Source: Ignavibacteriota bacterium (GTDB taxonomy: Bacteria; Bacteroidota; Ignavibacteria; UBA10030; CAVZMI01). From it: a DNA stretch of 64,000 bases. Positions 60,678-64,000 of the stretch are shown here, in pieces (position 1 is the first letter of the stretch; the number at the start of each line of letters is the position of its first letter). Location of the stretch: contig CAVZMI010000032.1 in the NCBI GenBank assembly GCA_963776275.1, positions 1 through 64,000 on the forward strand, written 5' to 3'. The notes below the pieces were generated by a model, which made no database searches, was not told where the DNA came from, and saw only the letters and a program-made list of their open reading frames with translations. A program made the translations under genes and the position numbers.

Positions 60678-62033
60678 ATGAGCACAGATTCAGTACGCGT
60701 GGAAGAATTGATGCTGCTTCTTACTGAAGGAATTTTACACAGGTGGTATCCATTAGTCATCGATAAGGAATGCGGGGGATATTTTACCAACGTGTCTCAC
60801 GACTGGACGTTGCCGCCGGAGCAGGAAAAAATGATAGTATCTCAGGCACGTCATGTATGGACGTTGTCGAAGGTGGCCGAATTTCTTGGAGGGAACAGGG
60901 AATATGAGCAGATGGCTCGTCACGGCTTTCCATTCCTTAAGAATAAAATGTGGGATGAGAAATACGGCGGTTTTTTCCAGATCCGAAGCCGGGATGGCGG
61001 TATGTCGGATGTTCGCGGATGGCGGGATGAAAAGCGCGCGTACGGGAACGCTTTCGCTGTGTACGGCCTTGCCGCACTCTACGAGAAAACACACGATCTG
61101 GAAGTTCTAGAGTTTGTAAAGACCGCTTTTCGTTGGATCGAAGAACATGCACACGATCCGAAGCACAAAGGATATTTCCAGTTTTTCACGCGGGAGTCGA
61201 AGCCGTTTGACAAAACGTCGGAATATAAAACAATTGCTTTCGATAGCAATGAACTGGGATTTAAGGATCAGAATTCATCGATACATTTGCTGGAAGCATT
61301 TACCCAGCTGTACGATGTCTGGAAGGATCCTCTGGTACATTCAAGGCTGCATTCGCTATTGGAGCTCATCCGGGATACAATGGTGGCAAAACAGGGTTAT
61401 CTGCAATTGTTTTTCCACAATGATTGGACGCCGGTCTCTTTCCGTGACAGTTCTAAGGAAGAACGCGAAGCCAACTACGGATTGGATCATGTCTCATTTG
61501 GCCATGATTATGAAACCGCCTTTTTAATGCTGGAAGCTTCGTACGCATTAGGATTGACCGGCGATATACGTACGCTGGTCGTCGCAAAAAAAATGCTCGA
61601 TCACGCCCTGACGTACGGCTGGGATGAAAAAGCCGGCGGGTTCTACGACGGCGGATATTACTTCAAGGGGGATGACCGCTGTACAATCATCAAGGATACA
61701 AAAAACTGGTGGGCGCAGGCTGAAGGACTGAACGCGCTGCTCTTGTTTTCAAAAATATTTCCCGACGAATCCCGCTACTATACATATGTCCTGCGCCAAT
61801 GGAAGTATGTAAAATCGTACATCATCGACGGGGAAAACGGAGATTGGTTTGAAGGCGGCATAGATAAAGAGCCGCATTTCCGCACAGGAATGAAAAGCCA
61901 CATGTGGAAATGCACCTATCATACATGCCGTTCTCTTATGAACTGCATAACGATGATCATCAATAATTCCGACAAACCATTGAACAGAGTGATTGAACAC
62001 TGGCGCAAGACCGCTAAGCAGTTACCAAAATAA
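60678..62033 (+). CDS. AGE-family epimerase (cellobiose/mannobiose 2-epimerase-like)
   Basis: 'QARHVW', 'YGNAFAVYGLA', 'NSSIHLLEAF', 'SFGHDYE', 'WWAQAE', 'WKCTYH'. Confidence 0.9.
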   Translation: MSTDSVRVEELMLLLTEGILHRWYPLVIDKECGGYFTNVSHDWTLPPEQEKMIVSQARHVWTLSKVAEFLGGNREYEQMARHGFPFLKNKMWDEKYGGFFQIRSRDGGMSDVRGWRDEKRAYGNAFAVYGLAALYEKTHDLEVLEFVKTAFRWIEEHAHDPKHKGYFQFFTRESKPFDKTSEYKTIAFDSNELGFKDQNSSIHLLEAFTQLYDVWKDPLVHSRLHSLLELIRDTMVAKQGYLQLFFHNDWTPVSFRDSSKEEREANYGLDHVSFGHDYETAFLMLEASYALGLTGDIRTLVVAKKMLDHALTYGWDEKAGGFYDGGYYFKGDDRCTIIKDTKNWWAQAEGLNALLLFSKIFPDESRYYTYVLRQWKYVKSYIIDGENGDWFEGGIDKEPHFRTGMKSHMWKCTYHTCRSLMNCITMIINNSDKPLNRVIEHWRKTAKQLPK

Positions 62034-62037
62034 AAAA

Positions 62038-62071
62038 ACCTGCTGACGTCAATACTCTCGACGCAGCAGGT
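62038..62071. terminator. Terminator-like hairpin between convergent genes
   Basis: ACCTGCTG-ACGTC ... GACG-CAGCAGGT preceded by an A-run. Confidence 0.6.
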
Positions 62072-62090
62072 CGTGAAAAAATTAAATGTA

Positions 62091-63278
62091 TTATTTTCGA
62101 TGTGACAGCTCGAGATTTTTCTTTATGAGCTGAATTCGCTGTTGAACACTTGCACCAGTACGAAGTCCGTCTTCCGGCGTGGAAAGAACATAATCAAGAA
62201 GCCTATCGACCGTTGAAACAGCGACGTGCATCCTCGTATCAGATGAACCGTAATAGATAAATACGTCGCCGTTCTTGCGTTCCACCCACCCGTTACTAAA
62301 GGTGACATTCGAAACATCTCCGACCCGTTCGTCGCCCTGGGGAGCCAGAAAATATCCGCCGGGCCTTGCGATAACTTTTGCAGGGTCTCTTAAATCAGTA
62401 AGTAACATATATAATACGTAGCGCAATCCTGCGGCGGTGTTTCGAACGCCGTGCGCAAGTTGAAGCCAGCCTTTGTCTGTTTTAATCGGTGCCGGACCCA
62501 GGCCGTTTTTCACTTCCTTTATTGTATGGTATGCCCGATCATCGATAATGGTTTCATTATCGATCACGGCATTCTCGATACTATCCGACAGTCCCCACCC
62601 TATCCCGCCGCCCGATCCGGCTTCTATGAAACCATCCTGCGGTCGTGTATAGAATGCATATTTCCCGTTAATGAACTCGGGATGAAGGACGACATTCCGC
62701 TGCTGCGGAGATTTTGTTATGAGATCCGGCAGCCGTTCCCATTTCAATAAATCTTTTGTTCTGACTATACCGCACTGGGCGATAGCAGAAGACATGTCGG
62801 TACGGGGAACATCAAGATCCTTCCGCTCCGTACAAAACAAACCGTAGATCCAGCCATCCTCGTGCCCGACTAGGCGCATGTCGTAGACATTAATATCGGG
62901 ATCCGAAGTCTCCGGGATCTGGATGGGATAATCCCAGAAGCGGAAATTGTCCACACCATTGGAAGATTCTGCAATGGCAAAAAAGGATTTGCGATCCACA
63001 CCTTCAACGCGCACCATCAATAAAATTTTTCCCTTATATTCAATAGCGCCGGAATTGAATGTTGCATTCACCCCCAGGCGTTCCATCAGATACGGATTGG
63101 TTTTGTAATTCAGGTCATATCGCCAGAAAAGCGGCGTATGTTCGGCAGTGAGTACCGGATTCGCATACCGTTGATAAACACCGTTTCCTTTCCCTAATTT
63201 TCTATTCTTTTTTGTGATGAGACGTTTGTGCTCTGCAAGGAGCCGTTTCAACTGCCGGTTGAATTCTTCTTTTTTCAT
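62091..63278 (-). CDS. GH130 4-O-beta-D-mannosyl-D-glucose phosphorylase
   Basis: 'HTPLFWRYD', '[16 protein letters not shown]', '[11 protein letters not shown]', '[12 protein letters not shown]', 'VGDVSNV'. Confidence 0.93.
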   Translation of the reverse strand: MKKEEFNRQLKRLLAEHKRLITKKNRKLGKGNGVYQRYANPVLTAEHTPLFWRYDLNYKTNPYLMERLGVNATFNSGAIEYKGKILLMVRVEGVDRKSFFAIAESSNGVDNFRFWDYPIQIPETSDPDINVYDMRLVGHEDGWIYGLFCTERKDLDVPRTDMSSAIAQCGIVRTKDLLKWERLPDLITKSPQQRNVVLHPEFINGKYAFYTRPQDGFIEAGSGGGIGWGLSDSIENAVIDNETIIDDRAYHTIKEVKNGLGPAPIKTDKGWLQLAHGVRNTAAGLRYVLYMLLTDLRDPAKVIARPGGYFLAPQGDERVGDVSNVTFSNGWVERKNGDVFIYYGSSDTRMHVAVSTVDRLLDYVLSTPEDGLRTGASVQQRIQLIKKNLELSHRK

Positions 63279-63444
63279 TCTATCCTTTCCTTTTTATTAT
63301 CCTTAAATATACTACAAGGTTTCAGAAATATCAAATTGATGAAATGAATAATCATAGAGCCCGGGTCTTTTTCTTATCGTTAAGTTTTATTATCTTATAC
63401 AGACACAATTGTCTAAGGAACACACTTCGGAAAGGCACACAGAA

Positions 63445-64000
63445 ATGATACTTCCATCACGCTCGTACTTGAAAACTATCTTATGTGGGTGTGTTATGAT
63501 TCTGACAACAACTGTATGCGTTGTCCCTTCGTTATCCCAACAATCAACTTTCCAACTTGCTCCGCTTTTTACAGATAATATGGTTCTACAACAGCAACGG
63601 CATGTGCCTCTATGGGGAAAAGGCATTCCGGGAACCTCAGTCGTTATTCGGGCATCATGGGGAAGACAGGCGACCGCAACCGTCATGGGGGACGGCGCGT
63701 GGTCGGTGAAACTCCCGACTCCAAAAGCAGGTGAACCATTCCAAATATCCTTTATTCACGATACATCGACGACGGTATTACGAAATGTTCTAACAGGCGA
63801 AGTATGGCTCTGTTCAGGTCAATCGAATATGGAAATGCCGTTGGAAGGCTGGCCTCCGGCAGATACGATCGCGAATTCCTCCAGTGAAATTGCACAAGCT
63901 CAATTCCCTTCCATACGTCTATTCTCGGTTAAGCGTGCCAACGAAGCAGAACCGAGCGATATTTGTGAGGGAAGGTGGCAGGAATGTTCGCCCAACACCG
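63445..64000 (+). CDS. Sialate O-acetylesterase-like (SASA/DUF303) protein, runs off window
   Basis: Open frame from ATG 63445: 'LFTDNMVLQQ..VPLWG...GEVWLCSGQSNME'. Confidence 0.85.
   Translation, partial: MILPSRSYLKTILCGCVMILTTTVCVVPSLSQQSTFQLAPLFTDNMVLQQQRHVPLWGKGIPGTSVVIRASWGRQATATVMGDGAWSVKLPTPKAGEPFQISFIHDTSTTVLRNVLTGEVWLCSGQSNMEMPLEGWPPADTIANSSSEIAQAQFPSIRLFSVKRANEAEPSDICEGRWQECSPNT

Overview
Window from an FCB-group bacterium, probably Ignavibacteria-like (inferred from many 'NYPNPFNP(S/T)T' T9SS C-terminal sorting domains). It has three parts. (1) 1-15311 is the distal end of an integron-type gene-cassette array with at least 14 co-oriented cassettes separated by attC hairpins; no integrase lies in the window. 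The cargo is mostly T9SS substrates and lipoproteins, plus asnA. Most cassettes are bounded by an imperfect 15-23 bp terminal inverted repeat that runs well past the 7-bp R box and has a recurrent A/C mismatch at about position 11. Several attC sites carry nested REP-like palindromes, and some are chimeric or truncated. (2) 15.3-41.1 kb is housekeeping backbone: lipid kinase, nif3, Zn-ribbon protein, rnhA, rnpB, recJ, yebC, ruvCAB, mpg, uvrA, carB, cstA, yraN, rnhB, BamA/TamA-like, GWxTD, rimO and cdsA. It also holds two four-helix-bundle genes, one flanked by inverted heptamer repeat arrays. (3) 41.4-64 kb is a T9SS-rich beta-mannan/glycan utilisation cluster (GH5, GH26, CE2, GH130, AGE epimerase, GH13, acetylesterase). 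It includes two DUF362-T9SS paralogues and two tandem kinase-less propeller/Y_Y_Y sensors ending in a Cys-rich motif. Single-base frameshifts in many conserved genes suggest consensus errors in the assembly.
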